Assembly: GCA_048939245.1 (NCBI GenBank)
Contig: JBHLPR010000015.1
Location: 1-42,277, forward strand
Reading direction: 5' to 3'
Source: Promethearchaeota archaeon
GTDB lineage: Archaea > Asgardarchaeota > Hermodarchaeia > Hermodarchaeales > Hermodarchaeaceae
Length of the DNA: 42,277 nucleotides
In this document: piece after piece, positions 1 to 8,811 of the stretch
How the letters are laid out: the number at the start of each line of letters is the position of its first letter
Numbering within the stretch: the first letter of the stretch is position 1
The notes under the pieces: generated by a model
Seen by the model: the letters and a program-made list of their open reading frames with translations, nothing else
Told to the model about the DNA's origin: nothing
The model's database searches: none
Program-made: the position numbers and the translations under genes

Positions 1-148
1 TGATTGTATTGGCACTCATTTTCAGCCACTTTTCATCAAGTTTGAGTTCTTTGGGTGTTTTAGCAGTCTCTTCAGAAATGGCTCCCGCTTCTTTGAGTGT
101 CTTTTTAGTACGCTCCAATACCCATGCTGCATAAGCTGCTACTGCCAA
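1..148 (-). CDS. Small hypothetical protein, 5' part only (MAVAAYAAWVLERTKKTLKEAGAISEETAKTPKEL...), runs off the window
   Basis: TTG start at 148 preceded by a perfect SD AAGGAGGTGA (154-163); frame is open to the window edge; not in the ORF track. Confidence 0.7.
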   Translation of the reverse strand, partial: MAVAAYAAWVLERTKKTLKEAGAISEETAKTPKELKLDEKWLKMSANTI

Positions 149-181
149 TTGAGTCACCTCCTTATCCTGTCAATCTATTTA

Positions 182-391
182 TCAGTTCTTAGCAACGAAG
201 GTTCCCAGCTGCTCCGTATCATAATTGCAGAGTTCAATATGACGATCAGCACCATACCAAATATCTCTACACAAATTTACGATGCCAAAGGCTCGTTCAG
301 CAAAGATATGACCTTCTAGAGCTATCTCTATACCTACAGTAATGAAAAATCCTGCCACTACGAGCCATGCATATTCCCATTTTCTCATCAT
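182..391 (-). CDS. Possible small membrane protein or frameshifted remnant
   Basis: Hydrophobic N-terminus (WLVVAGFFITVGIEIAL); a second hydrophobic stretch lies in another frame. Confidence 0.3.
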   Translation of the reverse strand: MMRKWEYAWLVVAGFFITVGIEIALEGHIFAERAFGIVNLCRDIWYGADRHIELCNYDTEQLGTFVAKN

Positions 392-549
392 GAAAACCTA
401 AGCTAAGTTGCTCTAAACATTCTAGGTATTACAGATGCCTTTAAACAGCTGTGGATTAATTCTCCATAGCTTTCATATGTCGTGCTACGAAAAATTCATT
501 TTCAGAAACTTCTTTGTATTCCGAAGAAATCCACTCAAATGCTTTTTGT

Positions 550-1023
550 CTAAATTTTATGAGCCAGTACAGCGGCAATTTCATCTGTTAAATCTTCAAT
601 ATTGAGTCTATACTCACGTTGAGCCGCTGAACCCCGTCTTGTTAGATTTCCTTCTTTATGCATACGTGAAAGGTACGTTGATGCGGTGGCCAGTGGTATT
701 GGAGAATGAAATGTGTGATCGTATAGTTCTTGGATGTCCTTTGAAGTGAACCAACCGTGACGACAATTCCTCAAGACAATATAACGAACCTTTTGTCGGA
801 CGGTCCAGGAATCAACATCTAGAATTTCAGGTGGTGTTATGGTTGCTTCAGGTGATGAAACTGCTTCTTTGTTACTTTTTAGCGCGGTGGAAATAGAATC
901 GATGATAGAAGACGGAAGGCCATCGGTGAAGGTAATAGTTATGTCACACGTCTTTCCTTCTATGGCTAATCCTTCGATGGTGATTTTTTGTTTCCGTTTC
1001 TTCATTGATCCATACCCCGTCAT
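550..1023 (-). CDS. Protein with C-terminal winged helix-turn-helix, divergent from cdc6
   Basis: WFTSKDIQELY...LATASTYLSRMHKEGNLTRRG...REYRL has a wHTH pattern. Confidence 0.75.
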   Translation of the reverse strand: MTGYGSMKKRKQKITIEGLAIEGKTCDITITFTDGLPSSIIDSISTALKSNKEAVSSPEATITPPEILDVDSWTVRQKVRYIVLRNCRHGWFTSKDIQELYDHTFHSPIPLATASTYLSRMHKEGNLTRRGSAAQREYRLNIEDLTDEIAAVLAHKI

Positions 1024-1029
1024 AGTCTA

Positions 1030-1570
1030 ATTGGCTCTCCATATCCCATCTAGTTTGGCGTGTTCACAATAATAAAAGTGTGACGGTGTGAACTAATCTC
1101 TTAGTTACACAACCGCAATACCTAGAGCCGGGTTATTAAGCGTCTATCAAGGTTTAGATAATCTTAGAGATTCAAATTAGTAAAGGAGCAAAATAAGGTT
1201 TCTAAGGGTTTATTTTTGAATTCTAGGTGATTTTTCCAATATTTACGCTGGTTCACAAGTTGTTAACAGATACACAGTTTTTTCAACGTAAATGGGGCTT
1301 TAGAATATAGTTCCAGTGGAAATAAAGGGGGGAGTCAATGTTAACATAGAAATAATGATGAAATACAATTATTCATCCAAAATCTCTCGTTATTAGCCTT
1401 ATTGGTCAACCAAAGTTAACAACTTTCGCGCCAAATGTGAACAAATTAACTATTATTAATTAAAAAAACAGTTTGAGTAGTATCCTTTTCTACGAAACCC
1501 TAATATGGAAGGTAGTAGAATCTCCAAAAGAAACGCTAGTATTTCCTTTGCGTTGTTGTGGAGGACCACT
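1030..1570. other. Putative replication origin (oriC) upstream of cdc6
   Basis: AT-rich intergenic region containing a canonical ORB, immediately upstream of orc1/cdc6. Confidence 0.75.
1310..1332 (+). promoter_or_regulatory. Origin recognition box (ORB) with G-string
   Basis: GTTCCAGTGGAAATAAAGGGGGG matches the archaeal ORB consensus. Confidence 0.85.
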
Positions 1571-1574
1571 TGTT

Positions 1575-2810
1575 ATGGACGACCCTCGGCCTCTTGACCG
1601 TATTTTTGAAAGACTTAGTTCAGGTCCTACACTCATAGAAGATCGAAAAGTGCTCTGGCATTCATTCGTACCAGATGTCTTGCCTCATCGAGATGATCAA
1701 ATCACCCAAATTGGTAGTATACTGGCATCTGGTCTTAAAGGGAGTCGTCCGTCAAATGTGTTTGTCTATGGGAAACCTGGTACTGGGAAAACCGCTGTGA
1801 CTCGTTATGTACTCCGAGAGCTTGCTACAAAATTCGGAGAATTACAGTTACCGTTCAAAGCGGTTTATCTTAATTGCCGTAATGTTGATACCGATTATCG
1901 TGTACTTGCCAGAATATGCGCTGAATTGGGCCAAAAAGTACCCTTTACAGGTCTGCCTACCGATGAGGTACATTCTCGACTCATAGACTTGCTAGAAAGC
2001 CAAGATTTACTAACCATTATTGTGCTGGACGAAATAGACAGGCTTGTCTTGAAAAGTGGTGATGATACCCTCTACAAACTTACTCGAATCAATTATGACC
2101 TTTCCAAAGCACGTGTTAGTTTGATTGGTATCTCAAACGATTTGCGATTCCCCGAATATCTTGATTCAAGGGTGCTAAGCAGTCTAAGTGAGGAAAAAGT
2201 GATTTTTCATCCCTATACCGCTTTACAATTACAGGATATCTTACGACGTCGTAGTACGAGAGGCTTAAAGGATGGCATTTTGGAAGAACCTGGGGTGATT
2301 AACCTTTGTGCGGCTCTAGCAGCAAGGGAGGAAGGCGATGCTAGACGTGCGCTCGATCTCTTACGTGTCGGCGTGGAAATTGCCGAGAGGGAAGGTAGTA
2401 GTCAGGTGAAGGTAGAGCATGTAGAAAAAGCGCGTTTAAGTATTGAGCGTGATACTGTTCTCGAAGTGCTACGAACTCTCCCTGTTCAACAGAAATTGGT
2501 ACTCTATGCAGTGTATTTACTAGAACGTCATAAACATCCTCATCCGGTAACTGGGGAGGTCCAAGATGTTTATGGTGACCTTTGTACGCAGCTTGGTATG
2601 GATCCTTTGACACAAAGACGTGTAAGTGATCTCATAAATGATCTCGACGCCATTGGTCTTGTAAATGCAAAGGTTGTTAGTAAGGGTAGGTATGGGCGAA
2701 CAAAGAATATTCGACTAAGTGTGCCAAAGAAAATGGTTTCAGATGTACTGGAACGTGATAGTAGAATAAAGACCCTTTCCAGTTATGTGCCTAAAAACTT
2801 GGATAAATAA
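1575..2810 (+). CDS. cdc6: Orc1/Cdc6 replication initiator
   Basis: Walker A GKPGTGKT, Walker B IIVLDEID, GDARRA, C-terminal wH with GRYGRT; start moved to ATG 1575 after GGAGG SD. Confidence 0.97.
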   Translation: MDDPRPLDRIFERLSSGPTLIEDRKVLWHSFVPDVLPHRDDQITQIGSILASGLKGSRPSNVFVYGKPGTGKTAVTRYVLRELATKFGELQLPFKAVYLNCRNVDTDYRVLARICAELGQKVPFTGLPTDEVHSRLIDLLESQDLLTIIVLDEIDRLVLKSGDDTLYKLTRINYDLSKARVSLIGISNDLRFPEYLDSRVLSSLSEEKVIFHPYTALQLQDILRRRSTRGLKDGILEEPGVINLCAALAAREEGDARRALDLLRVGVEIAEREGSSQVKVEHVEKARLSIERDTVLEVLRTLPVQQKLVLYAVYLLERHKHPHPVTGEVQDVYGDLCTQLGMDPLTQRRVSDLINDLDAIGLVNAKVVSKGRYGRTKNIRLSVPKKMVSDVLERDSRIKTLSSYVPKNLDK

Positions 2811-2833
2811 CCAATCTACTAGGAGTCCATTTC

Positions 2834-3412
2834 ATGTATATTATACCACAAAATCCTCTCGCCTTGATAGCTTATGCATTTCGTGCACTGGCAAAAACCA
2901 AGATGTCAGTACAACAATTGGTATTCTTTATCTCCTTTGACCTGCGAAAACTTCCTCCCTCCCAGATTCGAAATCAAATACACATTCTTCATGCGAAAGG
3001 ACAATTAGAAATTGAAGACGACATGGTCCAGCAACCCTCCAAAGTGGACCTTGAACCTGAAGCATCTCCTCTAATTTCATCTAAGGATTTGGGACAGCAG
3101 CTTCGGCTTTTTGTAAGCTCTTCCCGTCTTTCTCGTGCAGTTGGTATGGATGATCAGGCCATCGAATTCCAGCGCCTTTCCAAAGTTCCTTTGAAAATCA
3201 AAGCCACCGTTCATGGATCGAGTGAATATATGCTCGAATTAGATGAGCAAGCAAGAAAGATTATCCATGACTGTCCTGACTGGAAAAGAGTGAGTGTCCT
3301 TCATAGGTTATGTAAACACGTAGCAAAGCTCATTTTATTATTAGAAAAGAATGAAGCCCTACGTATTCTCAAATCTCTGCAAGAAAATCCTTGGGAGTTT
3401 ATACAAGATTAA
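2834..3412 (+). CDS. SWIM-type zinc-finger protein with N-terminal helical (DUF2240-like) region
   Basis: HDCPDW...LCKHV SWIM-like motif. Confidence 0.7.
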   Translation: MYIIPQNPLALIAYAFRALAKTKMSVQQLVFFISFDLRKLPPSQIRNQIHILHAKGQLEIEDDMVQQPSKVDLEPEASPLISSKDLGQQLRLFVSSSRLSRAVGMDDQAIEFQRLSKVPLKIKATVHGSSEYMLELDEQARKIIHDCPDWKRVSVLHRLCKHVAKLILLLEKNEALRILKSLQENPWEFIQD

Positions 3413-4953
3413 GTGAAGTTTAATGTTTTAACATTCAGCGTTTTCAAGTTCACTAGAGGTACAATCCCTGGTGTAGGCTCGATTCCGATTAGTTTCTGAT
3501 ACTTGGTTTGACTCTGAAACGTTCCTGAGTTAATCAATAGAGTCTTCCGATAACTTCCTACGCTCATAACATGAATGTGACCACAGTGAAGAATGTCGGG
3601 AACTTCGTCAATGACCAACCAATCTCTAGGTTCTGCAACTATCGTTGTACTTTTGCCATAAATAGGGGCAAGATGTCGACCACGTAGCATCTCACGCATC
3701 GCTGCAAAACTTGCCTCCACTTCAGGTTTTGAAAGCGCCGCCATGATATCGACAAGGCTATCACCATGATAGATCATGAGGTTAACACCGTGAAGGGTTA
3801 CCTGAGCTGGACATCCTAGAGAGGTTATCGACAAACCTGAATCTCGTAATGGTTCTAAGAAACGATTCTCGATGGCTGGTCGTGGGATGGCTACACGGAC
3901 CCCATCATGGTTTCCAGGGGTAATGATGAGGTTAATGTGTTTAGGAATTTCTCGGAGGAATTGATGAAGTCCGTTAAATTGGCTGTCAAGATCAAAAAGC
4001 GTAATTTCAGATAGTTGGTTTGGGTATACCCCAATTCCATCAACCAGATCCCCGTTTATTACAATGTATTTCACAGAATCGGCTAGTTTCACATGTTCTT
4101 CATCACCTTCATTGCCCTGAAGCCAATCTATTAACCTTTGAAATACTTTGTCTAAGAAGTGCTGGCTTCCAAAATGGATATCTGAAAGAAGCAATACACT
4201 GAGATCTTCTTTTGCTCGATTATTTCTTCGGTTGGATGGAATATCTGGTAAGTACAAATCTTTTGCAATGAGTATTTCGGAGCTAATTGGGGTTCCTTCT
4301 ATAACGAGAACTTGGTCGAGTAAAATTAGATTCGCTTTATTCAATATTTTTGGGTCGCGTTGTTGGATTATTACAGTAATTCTTCCAGTCGGGTCTTCTA
4401 CTTCGAGTGCAATATTGCCACTTCTTGTGGGGGTTTTGTTGGTTACTATTCCGATGATTTTGACAGTCTTTTCTTTTACCTGAGATTTATTTGTCTCGCT
4501 TGCATATTTGATATCGATAATACCCTTTCCATCTACTCGCTGTGAAATGATATCTCGTAGCCTATAGTATCTGTCCAGAAAATTTTTGGAAAAATCATCA
4601 ATTGTACCTTTACTTTTTAGTTCTGGTGTAGGATCTTTTAGGACTTGGATATCAGCTTTGATTCCCTCAGCTAATCTCTTTGAGCTGGTAGGTTTAGGGA
4701 TTTGAAGTTCTTGGTCATTTTTCCCTTTTGGAGAATCAGTCTTTGTCGGTTCATGTACTGGACTCTGAAAATGTGATGGCTCTAAAACGGGTGTATCGGA
4801 AGGATGAATAAGATCCGAGGCTAGGAAGCGGTCGACAATTTGTTGTGGGGTTTTTTCCGATTGCAACATATCCAAAGTCTCTGGGCTAATTTGGAAACCA
4901 GCCTTGAGTAATTTCGAGATTGCTTTTTGGACATTTGGCTCCTTATTTAACAC
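3409..4953 (-). CDS. polB: DNA polymerase D small (proofreading) subunit DP1
   Basis: OB fold followed by calcineurin-like motifs SDIHFGS, GDLVDG, PGNHD, HLAP, GHIH. Confidence 0.96.
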   Translation of the reverse strand: MLNKEPNVQKAISKLLKAGFQISPETLDMLQSEKTPQQIVDRFLASDLIHPSDTPVLEPSHFQSPVHEPTKTDSPKGKNDQELQIPKPTSSKRLAEGIKADIQVLKDPTPELKSKGTIDDFSKNFLDRYYRLRDIISQRVDGKGIIDIKYASETNKSQVKEKTVKIIGIVTNKTPTRSGNIALEVEDPTGRITVIIQQRDPKILNKANLILLDQVLVIEGTPISSEILIAKDLYLPDIPSNRRNNRAKEDLSVLLLSDIHFGSQHFLDKVFQRLIDWLQGNEGDEEHVKLADSVKYIVINGDLVDGIGVYPNQLSEITLFDLDSQFNGLHQFLREIPKHINLIITPGNHDGVRVAIPRPAIENRFLEPLRDSGLSITSLGCPAQVTLHGVNLMIYHGDSLVDIMAALSKPEVEASFAAMREMLRGRHLAPIYGKSTTIVAEPRDWLVIDEVPDILHCGHIHVMSVGSYRKTLLINSGTFQSQTKYQKLIGIEPTPGIVPLVNLKTLNVKTLNFT

Positions 4954-5065
4954 CCTGTTTCGCCTTAGTGAGTAGGTTCTTTATTCTTTATGTAAATGTT
5001 TGTTGAGATGATATCATAAGGAACTTCGGAGATAAATACGTAAAGACAGTTCTTCGGTGGTATTT

Positions 5066-6022
5066 ATGGAAGCACGGAAATTACAGCGTGTTGGTGCATC
5101 GTATCTTTTATCAGTACCGAAACAATGGGTTGATACCAATGGCTTGAAAAAAGGGTCAATGGTATTGGTTCATGAACGAGCCGATGGTATGCTGATAATT
5201 GATCCTGGATTGGCTGAGAAACCACTCCGTCAACGAAGTAAGATTTCAGACCCCTCAAATGTGGGAAGAGAGATTCTTGCCGGGTATTTGGCAGGGAATG
5301 ACGTAATCGAGATTAATTTAGGCAAAGCAATGACTCCAGCCTTGAAACGAGAGGTTAAACGGATGGCTGGTTTTCTTGTGGGTGTTGAAATCATGGAAGA
5401 AGATGCGTCTAAGATGACTCTTCAATGCCTTATCCCGAGGAGTATTGATGCCATTACCTATCTGCGTCGCACATATGGTATCGCAGCAAAAATGCATGAA
5501 GATGCAATCCGCGCCTTTATCCGTAATGATCAAGAATTAGCCCAAGATGTAATCGAGCGAGACCGTGAAGTGGACCGTCTATATTTTCTCGTTGTCCGTC
5601 AACTTAGAAAAGCCATCTCATCTCCAATTGGAGATCTTCTCCTTTCGCCCCTAAACTTGTTAGATTATCGTCTTGTGGCTAAGGAAGTAGAGGCCATCGC
5701 TGATGGATGTGCAAGCATCGCTGAGCAAGTTCTTACAGCGGATTATCGGTTACCCCCTCCGCAGTTCTCACGTGTATTAACGAAATTAAGTGAACAAGTT
5801 ATTCAAGCACATCGTGAAGCAATAACTGCAGTTTTACAACAAGATAATGATCGAGCACGACTGGTAATCGCGTTACAAGAACCCATCAACACGCTTGTTA
5901 TTGAAAACACAGAGGTCCTTGCAAAACAAGATACCACAATATTACCTGTTTATGATCGTGTGGTTCATAACCTTGAACGCATTTTCGAATCCAGCATTGA
6001 CATTGCTGATTTAGTAATTTAG
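5066..6022 (+). CDS. phoU: PhoU-family regulator with N-terminal AbrB domain
   Basis: RKLQRVGASYLLSVPKQWV AbrB motif; DREVDRLYFL and LERI PhoU repeats (GTG at 5057 is an alternative start). Confidence 0.88.
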   Translation: MEARKLQRVGASYLLSVPKQWVDTNGLKKGSMVLVHERADGMLIIDPGLAEKPLRQRSKISDPSNVGREILAGYLAGNDVIEINLGKAMTPALKREVKRMAGFLVGVEIMEEDASKMTLQCLIPRSIDAITYLRRTYGIAAKMHEDAIRAFIRNDQELAQDVIERDREVDRLYFLVVRQLRKAISSPIGDLLLSPLNLLDYRLVAKEVEAIADGCASIAEQVLTADYRLPPPQFSRVLTKLSEQVIQAHREAITAVLQQDNDRARLVIALQEPINTLVIENTEVLAKQDTTILPVYDRVVHNLERIFESSIDIADLVI

Positions 6023-6032
6023 TAGACGCAAG

Positions 6033-6129
6033 TGGCGCGGAGTAAGGGATTTGAACCCTTGCGACCAAAAGGTCACTGGATGACTCGTTTCAACTCGAGT
6101 CCAGCGCGTTACCGCTCCGCCAACTCCGC
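6033..6129 (-). tRNA. tRNA-Ser(CGA) with 12-nt intron at 37/38 (6082-6093), CCA encoded
   Basis: Anticodon arm CTGGA-CTCGAG[intron]A-TCCAG, long variable arm, TTCAAAT T-loop. Confidence 0.93.
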
Positions 6130-6246
6130 AGAACACTAGATTATGATTTTCGTGCCCAATAAACATTATTTTCCTTTCCATAAAAATACGAAAACACCCA
6201 AAGACTTTACTTCAAGAGACCATTTTTCTCGATAGGGTGAACACCC

Positions 6247-7095
6247 GTGACTTTAACTAAAGATGTCATAGCTATTCAAAGAAAATACAAAATTATCGGA
6301 CGTGAACAAATCCTTACCCAATGTCTCGCCGCTGATAATGCGAACAAGCACTTACTCATCGAAGGGCCTGTTGGTGTTGGCAAGACCACTATCGCGTCTG
6401 CAATTGCAACACATTTAGGTCGAACGTTTCAACGCATAGATGGCGATGAACGGTACACATCCGCTAAGCTGGTAGGATGGTTTGATCCTCCAGTTGTACT
6501 GAAAGACGGGTATAACCGTGACACATTCATTCCCGGTCCCTTAGTCGAGACTATGGAAAGTGGAGGAATTCTATTCATTAACGAACTCAATCGTATGCCA
6601 GAAGCCACTCAAAATACCCTTCTACCAATTATGGACGAAAATCGTCTCCACGTCCCTAAACTAGGAAAAATAAATGCAAAGAATGGCTTCCGTATTATCG
6701 CAACACAAAACCCTGAAGCCAGTGTAGGCGTCACACCTCTGGGCGAGGCACTCCGTGACCGTTATGTATGGCTCTACTTAGATTATCATACTGAGGCAGA
6801 AGAGCGAGAAATTGTGAAAACCAACACAGGGATTAGAGATGAGACTGTGATAAACATTGCCGTAGCAATCTCTAGAGCTACTCGCGATTATACCGATATT
6901 CGGCGAGGTGCTAGTGTTAGAGGTGCCTTAGATATCGCGAGTCTCTACACTCAACTTCCTGGTGAAGGATATTCCATCTGGGAACAAGCCGCCATTATGT
7001 CTTTGGTGCCCAAAATCGAACTACACGATAATACTCAAAAGTCTCCAGTTGAAGTCGTCAAAATCTTGGTGAAAGCTGTTTTAGCAAATTTTTGA
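6247..7095 (+). CDS. MoxR-family AAA+ ATPase
   Basis: GPVGVGKT, ILFINELNR, IIATQNP, ALRDR. Confidence 0.92.
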   Translation: MTLTKDVIAIQRKYKIIGREQILTQCLAADNANKHLLIEGPVGVGKTTIASAIATHLGRTFQRIDGDERYTSAKLVGWFDPPVVLKDGYNRDTFIPGPLVETMESGGILFINELNRMPEATQNTLLPIMDENRLHVPKLGKINAKNGFRIIATQNPEASVGVTPLGEALRDRYVWLYLDYHTEAEEREIVKTNTGIRDETVINIAVAISRATRDYTDIRRGASVRGALDIASLYTQLPGEGYSIWEQAAIMSLVPKIELHDNTQKSPVEVVKILVKAVLANF

Positions 7096-8165
7096 CCACC
7101 GAGGAGGGTTCTCCCTCCGATGACGTGCCCATTGTGCTTTCCGGGGTTCTCTCTGATGAAAAGCTCTTCGAATCTGAAATCCGAGCCAACGGACGAGATT
7201 TTCAATACTACTTGCGGCTCGGACGTAGCTTTGATTATTCTACTACAAAACAAATGGCAGAAATCGCTATCGAACTTGGCAATGTCACCGCCCTACAAGC
7301 ACTTGCCCAGCTGCAACCCATAGCTACTAGCCAGGCAATCTCTACCCAAGATGGGGTCCACCTCCTTGCTAAATCCGCTCGCGATGGAAATGTCGCTGCC
7401 CCCCTTCTATTCTTTCAACTCCGAAATCAAATACGCGGGCAATATCGTCAAACTTTCCGACAATTGGCACGAGCGACAATCATCCACTCTGCACTCCGAA
7501 TAAGTGGAAGGGGTCTTCGGCCGGAAAGAATCAAACAGATCCCATTTCAACCAGGCCTCGACGAATTTGACCTTGATGCCACATTAGAAGAAACCTTACT
7601 GAAAGCAGACTACATGAATTACACTGACATTGTAGGTATTGAACGCGTTGCACGGAAAAAAGTTGGGACAATCATCCTCGATACTTCTGGCTCCATGGCT
7701 GGACCCAAGCTCTTAACCGCTGCTACAGCTGCAGCAGTCGCTGCTTACCATCTTCGCCACGACAAATATGCCCTTATCGTATTCAATACAGTAGCAAACA
7801 CTATCAAAACCATGGAACAACATACCACGATCGATCAGATTGTTGATACCATTCTCGACACCGAACCAGCGGGCTATACCAACATCTCCGACGCCCTCAA
7901 ACTCGCATATAACGAGTATCAACGTGCTCATCGATACGAATCATGGGCTATCCTCATCACCGATGGCATCGCAAACCGCGGTGGTTCTCCCAACCCTTGG
8001 GCCCGGAAATATCACAATCTCCACGTTCTCCAAACACCAGGAACACATCCCCAAGGAGAAGAAACCTGCCAAGAAATCGCCCGAATCGGTCGTGGCCGTC
8101 ATCTTAAAGTTAATTCCTATACAGAAGTCCCACGCGCTCTAAATCATTTGCTCAGACAAACCTAA
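7092..8165 (+). CDS. VWA-domain protein, partner of MoxR
   Basis: MIDAS DTSGS, TNISDAL, LITDG; overlaps the MoxR stop. Confidence 0.9.
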   Translation: MTTEEGSPSDDVPIVLSGVLSDEKLFESEIRANGRDFQYYLRLGRSFDYSTTKQMAEIAIELGNVTALQALAQLQPIATSQAISTQDGVHLLAKSARDGNVAAPLLFFQLRNQIRGQYRQTFRQLARATIIHSALRISGRGLRPERIKQIPFQPGLDEFDLDATLEETLLKADYMNYTDIVGIERVARKKVGTIILDTSGSMAGPKLLTAATAAAVAAYHLRHDKYALIVFNTVANTIKTMEQHTTIDQIVDTILDTEPAGYTNISDALKLAYNEYQRAHRYESWAILITDGIANRGGSPNPWARKYHNLHVLQTPGTHPQGEETCQEIARIGRGRHLKVNSYTEVPRALNHLLRQT

Positions 8166-8200
8166 CTGCACTTCACAAAAATAGAGTAACATAAAATCAA

Positions 8201-8239
8201 TTAAAGTGGACCAGGTTCATCACCAGGAGCTGGATACAT
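8201..8239 (-). CDS. Micropeptide P1 MYPAPGDEPGPL (12 aa)
   Basis: GGTGA SD 5 nt upstream, TATA-like ATTAAATA at 8271-8278, T-rich 3' end; similar to P2-P4 (in-frame GTGs at 8281/8284 are alternative starts). Confidence 0.55.
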   Translation of the reverse strand: MYPAPGDEPGPL

Positions 8240-8393
8240 ACACTTCACCAATGATGTCTGTCGAAATGGGTATTTAATCACCACAAATGTTTCGCACTAT
8301 AGTATCAAATTAATTCTATTACAAACAAGCATCACCAAAAAAGGCACAAAGCTTAAATCGACTACACGGGCTCATCTGTAACATTAATACACT

Positions 8394-8471
8394 AGCGGGG
8401 TGGGGTAGCCAGGATATCCCGCGGGGCTCATAACCCCGAGATCAGTTGTTCAAATCAACTCCCCGCTACCA
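8394..8471 (+). tRNA. Initiator tRNA-Met(CAT)
   Basis: A1-U72 pair, consecutive G-C pairs in the anticodon stem, CAT anticodon, CCA encoded. Confidence 0.96.
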
Positions 8472-8515
8472 TTGCCTTTTTTCAGCGCATTTCCACAGTT
8501 CACGCAAAAGAAATA

Positions 8516-8656
8516 GTGGCCGTGCCCGACTGCCAGACTATACACCCGGCACACTTCCGGACCCTCAACTGGCAGCCGGATCCCACAACGGGAGATGTGC
8601 AATCCGGAACCAACCAGGCATCCTATCGGTTTGTGAATTGCACACCGCGTAGCCAC
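8516..8656 (-). ncRNA. Unidentified structured ncRNA (four-way junction)
   Basis: Stems GUGGCU/GGCCAC, GGUGUGCAAU/AUUGCACAUC, UCCCG/UGGGA, CCGGCUGCCAG/CUGGCAGUCGG; G-U pairs favour the minus strand; TATA-like TTTATTATAT (8691-8700) upstream and a T-tract downstream. Confidence 0.6.
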
Positions 8657-8811
8657 CCGGATCACGATTAAACAGTCGTGTCACCATTCCATATAATAAA
8701 TCCTAGAAAAACTCCACATCACTAATTGGTTTTTAGCTCCGAATACTATTAAGAAGGTGCTCCCTATGTCCTCAAAGCTCATGGGAGAAATAGAACAGGA
8801 ACCTTTCATCA

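Noticed and set aside
8516-8656. tRNA-like, SRP or 5S identity for the structured RNA
   Set aside because: No TTC T-loop or CCA; only a partial GUCCGGAAG resemblance to SRP helix 8; no 5S motifs.
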